From the IMG/VR virus record IMGVR_UViG_3300031992_000037: a stretch of 64,000 nucleotides of DNA; one strand, written 5' to 3'. The position numbers and the translations under genes are program-made. This DNA comes from an uncultured virus (IMG/VR IMGVR_UViG_3300031992_000037). Lineage: Duplodnaviria > Heunggongvirae > Uroviricota > Caudoviricetes. Shown piece by piece: positions 15,301 through 27,207 of the stretch (position 1 is the first letter of the stretch; every line of letters begins with the position of its first letter). Below the pieces are notes generated by a model, which was not told the DNA's origin, made no database searches, and saw only the letters and a list, made by a program, of their open reading frames with translations.

Positions 15301-17745
15301 TAAAGTTGCACCTGAATATGAATCTACATAAGCTTCTCCAGAGAAAAATTGTCTAGAATATTTTAAGGCCTATTCAAATTTCTTTTTATTGAGTGCTTTT
15401 GTATTTTTAGGTTTTTTATCCTCATTTTCAACGGATTCAACTGATTCAGAAATATTAGGGTCTTTAGAATCTTTTGATTCTTCGGACTCTTCCAAAGAAC
15501 CTGCGTAAACATCATAGGCATCTTTTAAATCAATTAAGCTTGACTTAAAACGCTATTTAATATATTCCTCAACCTTTGTATCCTTCCAATCAGCTTTAAA
15601 TTGTTGGATAAAAATATTTTTAACATCCTCATTTAAATTTTCAATTCCAGTTCCAACTAAAGAATCTTTAATAACCTTATCAATAGTTTCAACATGTTTA
15701 ATAGCAGCATCAACAATCATGTCTGCCTAAGTTATCTGCCCGTCCGCCTTCAATTCATGAACCTACCCGTCTTCACCTACAATACCTGTAGCAGCTCTCT
15801 TATTACTTAATAATTTTCTACACTTCTATAATTCATTTATAAGTTCATCTTTTCGACCATAAAATAGTGCATCTATGATATCATAATCTTTTTCTAGATC
15901 GAATCTAGACTTATAATTAGGATCTATGAATGTTCTTCTAATCCAAGGATCTAAGTGCATTTCCTATACTGAAAATAAACCACCACCTAAAGCACCACCA
16001 ATAAGAGTCTATAAATATCTTGAGGCTCCTTCTTTACTAAATACATTCTACCATCCTCCAAAAGATCCCTATTTACCTGTAAAACCTAACCATGAAAGTG
16101 TATCAATAATTCCTTTAATGCTATCTTGAACAACTTCTTCAGAAACCTCTTCTACACCTTCAACTACCATATTTTTCCAAATATCCTCCCCAGAGGCTCT
16201 AAAAGCATCGTCTAGCCAATTTAAAGTCTTTGCTTTAAATGCTGATATACTATTTAATAAAGACTGTTTAGATTTTGTGGCAACTGCCTATTCAACGTCT
16301 TTCTAAATATCTGAATATAAGGATTTGGCAATTTTTATAATAGGCCTTCTTGTAATTTCTCGATCATATCCGGTGGTAGCATCTAAAAACCATGTTCCAA
16401 GTCCATTGGCCGTTTCATTAAAGTTCATTATTCCAAACAATGCTGAGGCACTTAATAAACTGGCAATTCCAGCCGTTCTTTTATCATACCCGCTTTTAAT
16501 TGCATCATTATAAACATCAGACACTGATATAAGACCCATATAACCTAAACTAAACGCTTTAGCCGCCTTATTCATTGATTCGGCATACTTTTTATAACGT
16601 TCAAAATCTTGGGCGGTTTTTAATTCCTTCGGAACTTTATATAAAAAATTGGCAAGGGATGCTGCAGCTCTCTATTGATATAACTGTCCAAATATATCTG
16701 AAAGCATATTTCCTATTCCTTCAGCGGAAAATAAATTCTACTTACCTTTCTAAGACATACTTGGATTAAACTTTCTAAACCAATTCTCTAAAGATGTCGC
16801 ACCATTATATATAGCAGATGAATCATCTCCTAAAAAGACACTTTCCATTGATTTATAAAAAGTAGGCATTACTGAAGCTAATCCCCAAAGGGCCTAAAAT
16901 GCTCCATAATAAGCATTAAATCCAGGAATCATATAAGGTAATACAGAAGCTATAGTCTTCATAGCAACTCCGCCTAATGATTTTTCATATCCATCAGAAT
17001 CGAAGAAATCCATTTTATTTAATGTTGTTCCTTCTTTAGTCAGAACGTCCTATACAGCTACAACTTCTTTATCCAAAATTTCCCTATTGCCAAGTAATTC
17101 AGTAAAGTATTGGCCATTCTCATCAGTAATAAATTCACCTTTGGCGTGGTATCCTTCCTCACCTGTTATAGGATTTTTCTAAAAACCGTCCTGATCATAT
17201 TTAGCATAAATTAATGTTTCTCCAAATAAATTGGAAAATAATCCTCGACTTTCTGCGGAATCCTTGAGTCTGGTTCCAGTTACAGGATCATATATTTTAC
17301 CCTTCTATGCAGCTTCCCATGGGGTTAATTTAGGTTCACTTTGGACATTTAAACCTATTATACCAGTGGACTGCTGAAGGGGATTGTTTTTTTCTACTTC
17401 TGGTTTATAAAGAACATCTTTAACCCTAGCCCCAAGCGGTTTATATCTGCTGGTCGGACTATATTCTAAATACTGACTTAAATTATCCACCAGATGATCA
17501 TTATCTAACTAAAAATATCGCTGTTCAGCCAGAGTATAAATCTAATTAAATTCATCTTCTTTAAAGTTTCCCTATTCATCAGTAAAGGCTTTCTTTATAA
17601 ATGGTTTGGATTTATATTCCTCCTTATCTAATAAAGCCGTATTATTAATATTTATATCATTCTATAAAAAATCAACTACGGTTGAACTGGGATCACTTAA
17701 AAGTGTTGCAACTAATATATCATTCGGTTTTTGAATAGTATCCAT
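9355..17745 (-). CDS. Large virion cargo/ejection protein (~2796 aa) with internal SF1 (RecD/UvrD-like) helicase domain and N-terminal hydrophobic segments
   Basis: ATG 17745, TAA 9355, single frame with TAG=Q. Walker A FLFGEGGAGKT (~12880-12915), Walker B FILDEC, motif III LGDETQ, motif V LQGAEYDYV, motif VI CYTTITRG (~11735-11760). Confidence 0.85.
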
Positions 17746-17746
17746 A

Positions 17747-19615
17747 TTATTCCTAATTTAAAATATCACTACTGCTATAGATTTTCTTCGTTGGGTTTCT
17801 CTAAGTCATTTCAGTAATCATGTCCTATTCTAATGTTTTTGGAGTCATATTGCTGCCATGCCCAGCATATCTATAAGCGTCACCTGAAGCAAATTTATTA
17901 ATTTTAATAAATATTGGAACTTTATAAATATCGTCCCACATTTGTTTACCATCAATAGATTTTATTCCAGTCTTCTTTGCTAAATTTTTATTATATATAG
18001 AATTGATAAGATTATCAGCATATTCTTCATCCTTACCTGATAATTCCTCAACTAAATAATTTGAGCCATCTATATTATCATCTATGGTATAGCCATAAGT
18101 CAATAAGAATCTACCAAGTCTATCTGTTTCTATTAATTGGTTTTGAGAATTATACATAGCATATGAATGATGTGCAGCATGTATCTGATTTTTTTTATTT
18201 GGATCTGTAATTCCATTAACCTTAATCTCTTCTTCGGCTTCTGAAAATGCATAAAATCCAGGCCAATCTATTTCACCATTCTCAAGTATAGGCATCCAAA
18301 CTGCTGCAACAGGATCATTAGAATATGCTATATTTGTAAGCATTCCTTCACTAATTTTCTAATCACCCATATATATTTTATCTTTTTCCAAATATTTTCC
18401 AACAGTTTCTGCCAATGCAACAGACATTGGTAAATTATAAACAGCATTTCCATTATCAGTAGTAAGAGCTGGAATTCTAACTCCTTGTACATTTAAAGAA
18501 TATGCATTAGAATTTTTATTATCTGTGATTTTAAATACATCGCTATTTAAATCCCCATCAAAAAACTGTTCTAATGGAGTCTGGTAAAAGGTTTTAGAAC
18601 TACTAGAAGTTCCAGCAGTAGTTCCGGCAGCTTTATTAATTCCAGAATCATAATCTAAGGTTCTAGATACAATAGTATCATTATTCATTACTAAGGCATT
18701 TGAAATTAAATCCAAAGCATAGTTCGAACCCTCTTCCCATTTACCTCCGTAAACTAAATTCCTAGCCATCAACTGCATAGTCATTTGTTTCGGAAGCATT
18801 TTATAGATGTAACTTAAAGCAGAATCAATATTCTTAGATTTAACTCTATCTTTTACTTTAAATAAAGCATCTGGCCCAATTTGCTACATTAATTGAGCCA
18901 ACTCTTTCAATCCCTAATACTGACTCTCATTAGGCCGCTTTAATAATCCATTTTGAATTATTCCACCTAATGTTTGATATGCTTCTGAAATATCATCGGC
19001 CGATCCAACTGATTGAATAATATCTTTAATATAATCCTAAATTTTTTCAATACCTATACTTCCACCAATTACAGTGATTGGATCCTCACTGTAAGCTAGT
19101 TGCGGATTGAATTGTCTATATTGAATTAATTCACCTATAGTTAAATATTGATACTTTTCTGGATCATATTTAGAACCGTGTATTTTCTATATTTTTTGAT
19201 CCTAATCAACTACATATAAATATCCTCTAGAATCTATTGCAACTTCGTCAAGGGCTTTATTAGCTTCTGCATTTTCAGCTGCCCCATCAAAAAATCCATT
19301 AGTTTTTATTATTCTATTTATCGCAGCCTATAGCATATAAACATCAGAACTCTTAATTCCACCATTAAAATCAGCGTTTCTCTCGAAGTCAGTCAATTTC
19401 TAAGAGAAAAGATCAACATCTACAGGAAGTCCCTCAGAATATAATTTTTTCATTAATTCTTTAGGAATTAAATCCTAAGCTGAAGCTGAGCCTGAACCTG
19501 AATCTCCTCCGACAACCTAAGACTATCTAGCCTAAACAGCTAAATTTGATACAGGATTAACAGTAGACGAATATAATAATCCACCAGCCTATAATTTATT
19601 TATATTTAATTTCAT
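17747..19615 (-). CDS. Putative virion cargo protein (622 aa)
   Basis: ATG 19615, TAA 17747; joins ORFs 17825-18343 and 18359-18799 through TAG. N-terminal KLQAGG motif; lies between tail genes and the RNAP block. Confidence 0.7.
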
Positions 19616-21477
19616 TTAAATATTGATTTTAATAAAATTAGAGTTTCTTTATCTATCTGTCCAAGATCTCTTTCTAATTGTCTTTGGAGCAATTTAGAGG
19701 TTTCTAATTGACTTTTACTAACTCTTTCACGCTCCTTCTGACTAGCTGCAATCCATTTAGATAACCTGTCCCCCTAAACAACCTTACCACCAGATTTTTT
19801 ATATGGGATTCTAAAATTACCCTAATCATCAAAGACTGATTTATAAGTACTTCTTCTATATTGTCCGGTGTACAAACCCTGATTATCAATATAATACGGA
19901 AAAATACCATTATGGAACTATGCCAAATCTCTAATTATTTGTAACTAACTTCTCCAATCGTTCTTAAGTCCTTCTAGTTCTTCTGCCCAATTTTTAGTTC
20001 TATAAGTATTTGATTGATCTCCCCACAAACGTTCATATACAGCTTCTTTAGCAGCCTCATCATCACCAGTCATAATAGCTTTATCCGCATCTGATAAAGA
20101 AGCCATTCCTTCATCTCTATTAAAGCTATTTTTAAAAGCTTCATAAGCTTTTGACTTTTTATAATTCATCATATCAGCCTAAGTTAAATACAACTTACGC
20201 TCATCAATAGCTGCTTTTAGATTATTTAATTCCCTAGATCTAACAATATCATTAACATCAGCATCATGTTTAAACTAACCATGATTAGTATACTTTCTCT
20301 CGCCGAACTGATTACGATTAGAGGCTATTTCAGCATTTAATTGCTTATCAGCTTCAATAATAGCATTATTAGCAGCAGCATTGATCTAGTTGTTTTTATT
20401 TGCAACTTCGGCCTATCGCAATAGATTATTATCAATTACCTACTATTTTATTTGTGTGGACTCATTATCTCCCTTCTACTATAACTATGCCTGATTATCC
20501 TATGTTTGCCGTGCAAATTCCAAACCCCCCTGATTTACAGCTAGCATGTTGTTTATATCATTAGACTTATACTAACTTATATTAGCTAATACATTATCCA
20601 AAGTTTTCTACTATAATTGTCTGGTGACAAAATAGTTATACTTTTCAGAATTTAACCAGGGAGTCTCATAATGGGGATACTAAAACTTCTTTGAAAGACT
20701 ATTATTTCTATAAGCTTTTAAAGTATTATTCAGATATTGCTAGGTAATAGGTGCCCAATCTGTCCAAATAGGTTTTTCTGCAGAGGCTTCATCATAAATT
20801 TCCTGTAATTTTTTAAGAGCTTTATCTTGGTCATATAATTCTTGACTTGGTGTTGTATTATTTCCACCTAAAGTAGCACCAGTTGTTTCTTGATTTTTAG
20901 AAGGGTCTGCCTAAGTATTAGTATTCTACCCACTAATTCCAGCCTCTGTCTAGGCTGGGTTTCCAGGCTATGCTACAACTGTTGTCTAGACTGGAACCCA
21001 TTTATTTTGAGTTGTATCAAAATAAATTTTTCCAGAATCTGTGTCTAGAGCTGACTCTGCAGAATTATGTTTCTATGCTAAAGCAGTTAATAGAGCATTT
21101 CTCTACCATGTGGTTGGACCAAGATAATCCGATCTATCCTTAGAATATCCGAAGTATTCATTAATTCCTGTAGTGTTAAATAAATTATTCCAATTGGTAT
21201 ATCCAAGTTTATTTAATTCTTTACCCTTAAATAAATCTGGCTAAATTAACTTATTTAATGTATCGGCAGTTAGGCTTTTATATTTTTTGTTATCAATTAA
21301 CCATTTATAAATAGTGCTGATGGGTCCATGATATGTATCCCAGGTATCTAAGGCTTTAGCTCTCAGATCTGTATCATTTATAGCATCCTTACGCCACCTA
21401 CCCTTCTAAATAGGAGCTGCTGGAGTCTAGAATTTCTAGACCCCAGATCCCATTAATTTTTCAAAATTGTATTTCAT
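19612..21477 (-). CDS. Putative virion cargo protein (621 aa), Gln/Ala-rich helical
   Basis: ATG 21477, TGA 19612 (ATGA overlap with the next gene); includes ORF 19945-20172; many in-frame TAG. Confidence 0.7.
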
Positions 21478-24400
21478 TGTAGTAATCCACCTTGTTTCCA
21501 AATAATTAACTCATTAGTTGCAGGATTATATGCAGACCCACGTAACTTTTTCCTAGGAAATATTCGTGATATTTCAGTAGGATCAATATTAATATATCCG
21601 TCTTGTTTTATACCAGAAGGAGGAGTTAAACCCACATAGGATTTAACTCCCGCATCATTCTTAATGTGTACATCCCCAATATGAAAATCGGATCCAATCT
21701 TCTTTCTAGATGTACCATTATCCTAAATATTAACTGACTAAGGCACTTTATTACTTGTTTTACTCTACTATCTATCAGTTCGTGCCTTTTCTGCAGGCTG
21801 ATGTCTAGGCGCCCGTTTAGTTTTATCTGATGCATTTGATGTACTGTTAATTGGGCTGAGTGCTGGTTTTATTATAGTTGCGTCCGATTCCTATCTTAAT
21901 CTGCCCCAATCTACCATTGGATTATATGCTTCATAGTGCATATTACTAAACTCCGGATGGTTTTCTAATATAGCTCTCTGTGTGGCTGTATATTCACCAC
22001 CACCGAACCTTCTTGCAAATCTTCTAGCCAAATCCGATGACTATTTAACATCAGCAGCTTCTTTATTCCACAACTTTCTCAGAGCTTCATATGATTCACG
22101 CTAATTTTCAACATTTTCAGTCTCAATTCTATACTTACCAACTCCGCCATTAATACTTTGAAGTCTTGGGGTTTTTAATACTGCAACTGCCTCATCTTCA
22201 GTAATTTTAAGTTTATCAGTAAGTACCTTAATGGCCTTTGTATTAGCATCCTAATCAGAAGTCTTAATTTTGCTAAGCGCCTTATTTACTTCATCAACGG
22301 TTTCTTTCTGGAATTGTTTTACATTTCCCTCTGCATCTGTGAGTCCTTTTATGCCGATATTATCTTTTGCGATAATAGTTCCCTTTTTATTAACTTTATA
22401 ACGAGTTATTTCACCTTTAACACCTCTAGTGGCTCCTGCTAGTAATGATAAAACATGAGAAAGATTTCTCCAGTCCTCTCTATTTAATTTAGTTTTACCA
22501 TCACTTAATTTCTTAAGGGTCTTCTATGTAGATTCATCGAAAGCAATGCCAAAGCCCGCCGCCACTGTCACTATTCTAGGTAGAAATTTAATAATATTTT
22601 TGGCAACCTTATGCATTTTAGCTCCAGGAATTAATCCAAAAGCAGCAAAACCAGCATTTATCCCAGCATTTTTAATAACTTCACCAGCTGTTACTGCAGG
22701 ATCCATAATATCAGCTGCCAAATCCGTTCCAAGTGATGTTACACCGAGCCCGGCAGCAACACCTGTACCAGCCCCAGGAACGAATGAAGCTACTATAGAA
22801 GCCACATCTTGAGCCATAGTGAGAAATCTAAGAGAGTCTATAGGTTTTAACTCTGTTGTTTTATTAGCTCTATAAACATCTGAATTAGCATATCCTTCTT
22901 CAGAGGCCTTTTGGGAGTCTTTTTCTTCCTATTTAACTTCCCTACTCTTAGACTCTTCATGAAAATCTAAATCATTACGCTATTTTGGCACGGCTGAACC
23001 ATAGGCAGCTTTTAATATACCTCCATTATTATGTAAATTCACAGTTCCTTCAGGAATATTTTGTTTATTTAACTAATAATATTTAGTTCTAATCATCTAT
23101 AAATCCTCGGGATTTAAACTAGCATATCCTTCATTAACAAGTATGCCAACTGTTTCAATTAAAGCCTATCTGGATTCAAATTGATTTAAAAACTCAGAAC
23201 CTGTATATGTTAAAAATGTTCCTGGAACAGATATTTTAGCTTTAGGATTCTTTAGCGCTGTGACAACTGAATTTACAAATCTCTAAGGATTATCACCAAT
23301 AGTCTCTCTACCTATAAACTAACCTAAAATATAACCCGCACCAGTTCCTAAAGCTCCTATTAAACCACCTAATGGGGCAACTGTTCCACCAGTTGGAATT
23401 CCTGCAGCCGTGGCTCCAGCAACGGCACCCACACCCATCGCCCCAGTAAGGGTTTTAAAATTAAATTTTTTAGTATAAGTATCTTTACTTATTCCCTAAG
23501 CATTATTAAATATATCATTAGATAGCCCAACGATTTTCCCAGTTTGATCAGTTTTTTCACCATGTCCAGAAATATTAAATCCACCTAATGCATTTTTTGC
23601 ATCATCAAAATTTCCTGTCTTCAATGTTGTTCCATCTAACCAGGCAAATTTCATAGTAGGAGTGAGTTTAAATTCTTTAAAAAGCCCCTACTTAATAGGT
23701 GTTCCAGTTTCATCAAAAGCAATAACCTAAGTACCATCTCCAAACAAATTACTTACATCAGCATAATTAAAGCTTGTGGCATTTTTATTTTTCTCTCTCT
23801 GATCATTAATAAATTTATTAACTAAATAATTATCTGTGTAATCAGTATCTAGATTAAAATCTCTTATATAAAACTAATTTGTTAAATCTCCCCTTCTATT
23901 CTTAGCTTCATCTAATAAATAATTAGCCCAATGATTTTCATCAATATCTCTGACATTTCCATAAAATACTCGACCGTCAGAGCCTATTATAAGTCCCTGT
24001 CCATAGGTATCAGAATTAAGACTAATGTTGTCTAAACCATCTCCAGAATATTTCTCCCAATCTGACGTATAAGCCGTAATATTACCAGCATCATCTTTAA
24101 TCAGGTGTAAGTTCTTCTAAGTTAACCAATTTTTAAGAGGCTCTGAGAGATTAGTTAATTCAGTGCCATTTATCTAAGCACGATTCTTATCTTTTTGCGA
24201 TGGCTCCTTAAACAGCTCAGGTAATGCTGCCTAAACTGTGCCTAAATCACCAGGAGATAATGTATATAATCCTTTAACTAGATTAATTCCCCAATTTATT
24301 TTATCGTTATCAGAAGCTTCGGGATTATATGTTGATAGATAATTCTAAAACTATTTAATTGAATTAATGGATTCTCTATCAATACCATTTACATATACAC

Positions 24401-24950
24401 CTGTTCCATCACCATATTTATCTAGGAATTTTTGTATATTGAGATTTAATCGATCCTTTATCATTCCTAAACGATCACCAAATGAAAATGATGATAAACC
24501 TTCACCAATTCCATTAGTTAAATCAAAGAATATATGCCTTTTATTTTCAGGTTGTTGAGTGGTTGATGATCCCACACTAGCCTAAGGTTGAGCGGTGGTT
24601 CTTGATCTATTATAGTCGTACATTAATCGAGCTACATTTTGAGGCATATCCTTAGACCAAATAGATGGTTCATAAGCTGCACCAATAGAATCATCATTAT
24701 CAGCCCCATTAAAGTGCTCTACTGTTGATTTATAAAACTATTCTTGTGCTAATCTTTGTCTCTTTGCTCCCCTAAAAACATTGGAATATGGGGCAGATTT
24801 TGAATATTCTACTAATCCATCAAGATACTGTTGAACCGCTGCTCTATCCTCGTCTGTGGGGAGACTATTTAGGAAATCAAGATACTTTTTCTACTCTTCC
24901 TCAAGTCTTTTTAATTCATCACCTTTTTTATATTTTTGTATCTAAGCCAT
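21474..24950 (-). CDS. Putative ejection protein with Gly/Ala-rich membrane-inserting segments (~1158 aa)
   Basis: ATG 24950 (alternative 24956), TGA 21474. Hydrophobic stretches GAMGVGAVAGATAAGIPTGGTVAPLGGLIGALGTGAGYILG and VASIVASFVPGAGTGVAAGLGV. Confidence 0.7.
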
Positions 24951-24956
24951 AATCAT

Positions 24957-24992
24957 AAAAAATTTAAGGCAGGCAAACTAATGCCTGCCTTA
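24957..24992 (-). terminator. Rho-independent terminator
   Basis: Inverted repeat taaggcaggca (24965-24975) / tgcctgcctta (24982-24992), followed on the minus strand by a T run, just downstream of 24999-25286. Confidence 0.8.
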
Positions 24993-24998
24993 CGGTCA

Positions 24999-25286
24999 TT
25001 ATTTTACTCGCATTAATTTACCACCACGTCTTTGGAAAACTGGTTCCTGTGGGGCAGCTGCACTTTGGAGCATTTCAAGAGCAGCTTGAAGTATTGCTGC
25101 AACAGCTTGTGGATCACCTATTTGTTGCATTAACATGTCTAACAATTGTCCAGCGGTTTGTTTAATTGGATCTGGACCACCAGCTTCAGGTGCTGGTGCA
25201 GCTGCAGGTGCTGCAGACTCTTCTGGAGCGGGTTCCATAGCGCCGCCCTCTTGCAAGTACTTAATTAAGTTTTTATTCAAAATCAT
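24999..25286 (-). CDS. Small Ala/Pro-rich virion-associated protein (95 aa)
   Basis: Intact ORF with TAA stop and no TAG; has its own upstream promoter motif and downstream terminator; KYLQEGG and QRRGGK motifs at its ends. Confidence 0.75.
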   Translation of the reverse strand: MILNKNLIKYLQEGGAMEPAPEESAAPAAAPAPEAGGPDPIKQTAGQLLDMLMQQIGDPQAVAAILQAALEMLQSAAAPQEPVFQRRGGKLMRVK

Positions 25287-25308
25287 ACTATAAAATATTT
25301 TATATTAA

Positions 25309-25320
25309 CATACAAATATA
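25309..25320 (-). promoter_or_regulatory. Bacteroidota-type -7 promoter element (TATATTTGTATG)
   Basis: Matches TAnnTTTG in an AT-rich intergenic gap; the same 12-mer recurs at 36198 and, with one mismatch, at 42997. Confidence 0.65.
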
Positions 25321-25372
25321 CTAATTAATTTTAAATTAATATAATTTAAATGAAAATGGATTAATAATAAAT

Positions 25373-25984
25373 TTAATCTGGTGATGAAACATACTCTGGG
25401 GTATTTGAATCCTATTTATCTAGATATTTAAAAACTAGTCTACCAACACGTTTGTAATCAGCATCATCATCGGAATGAAAGGCACGAAGGGCAGCCTTAA
25501 TCAAACTTCTAGTATTTTTTCTAGAAAATATTCGCTCTCCACCAACTAATCTATACTAGACATCTCCATTATTATCCAAAACGAGCATATCTGAATTAAC
25601 TTTCTATTTTTCATCGGAAGTTAATTGTGATTCATCTTCGTCATCATCATACTCCAAATCATCATCTTCCTAGATTCCAGAGTTAGCATTAACCTCTAAG
25701 ACAAATTGAGCACCGCCTTCATATACAGGTTTTTCATCAAATGCTTTACAAGTATTTACAGACAATACTGATCCTTCATCATCTATGAAGATAATATCAA
25801 GGTCTATTGATGTATCTTCCATAGTAAAGTACAATTCTTCCTAAGGTTCTTCATATACGAAAAGCATGCCTTCATCCTAAGGTAAGGATTCATCTTCAGA
25901 TAAACCAATAGTTTTTTCTTCCTCTGTTTCGGCTACTCTTACATGGTACTTTTTACCGCCTATTGTTATATCAGTTTCTCTCAT
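25373..25984 (-). CDS. DUF192-family protein with C-terminal extension (203 aa)
   Basis: Code-15 translation VRVAETEEEKTIGL...EGMLFVY...FTMEDTSIDLDIIFID...FVLEVNA fits the DUF192 pattern. Not in the ORF track because of TAGs. Confidence 0.75.
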
Positions 25985-27207
25985 TTGTCAGACTTCTAAA
26001 TTAAATTATCCTCATCTTTTGTATTATAAATTAATTCTTTTACAAGTCGCTTACCAACTTCTAAAAGTATCTCAGAATCGTCTGATTCATGCCATTTCTT
26101 TCGATTCTATTCAATATAATCTGTTAATTCTTTATTGAATATAACTTCAAGACTCTCTACTTCAGCCTGTTGCTAAATACTACCTTCCTAAGATTTTATA
26201 TCTTCAAGAGTCTAGGCAGAATCGTCATCAACTGTAATTACTGGGATACCTTTCTTAGTTATATGCTCTAAATCAATGTCGTGCTTATTCTTATGAAGTT
26301 CTCCAGTAGGAATTATGTTTTCCTTTTCAGAAATTTCAACACCTGTTAATTTAGCACCATCCTAAGCTCTAAGAATCTTACCACCCTATTTAGCAGATAA
26401 TAATGAAGTATCAACACCACCAGCAAGTGCTATAGTATTTGCCTCCATAACATTATCAATTGAATTGGCACGTGCTTCCTGTTCAAATTTAATAGTGTCA
26501 GAAACATTTTGAGCTTTAAGAGCCATTTGAGCCTGCTCGTTTCTATCCTGAAGTTGTCTTTCAATTTTGTCTGGATTAAGCCCTCCAAATAAGAATGGGA
26601 TTTCTCTGTTGGATTTTGAGTCTTTATGCCCAATATCTCCATATCCTGAGGAATTAATATCAACATCAAATCCTTGAACAGTCTGCCCAGTAGCCTTAGA
26701 TGCAAAATTAGCTGTTTCTAAAGCAGCTCCACCAAGCATTGCCCAGGGGTTTCCACTCTTCATTAAAGCATCACTTATTCCATGAACTGCTGTATCAATA
26801 GCTGCACTCTAGGCACCAAAGTTCTTATCACCCATAAAAACATTGTCTGCAGTCTGAAAAACTGCTGACGCAGCCTATGAAGCGTCCCCCATCCAACCCG
26901 CTGAAGCATCATCGAGACCTGTAATTTTAGAATCATTTTTTACCCCAGCAATTTGACCTAAATTGGAACCGATGTTACGCGCCCTCTCTAAGTTTCCGGC
27001 TCTTCTTCTCTCCTAGTCGGATTTGATTTGATCCTCCTATTTAGTTTCATCCTTAAAACTATTCCTAACCCCTTCAGTAAAAGTGTTAAACTAATTCTCC
27101 ATAGCCTTAATATGTCCAATAGAAGCACCCCAGGTTACTGGATTGTTAGGATCAAATCCAAAATTGGGCATTTCAAAATTTAATGTTTTAAACTTTATAT
27201 TTCTCAT
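25981..27207 (-). CDS. Putative virion cargo protein (408 aa)
   Basis: ATG 27207, TGA 25981; includes ORF 26386-26763; AKQGGKILRAQDG motif; ATGA overlaps on both sides. Confidence 0.7.
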
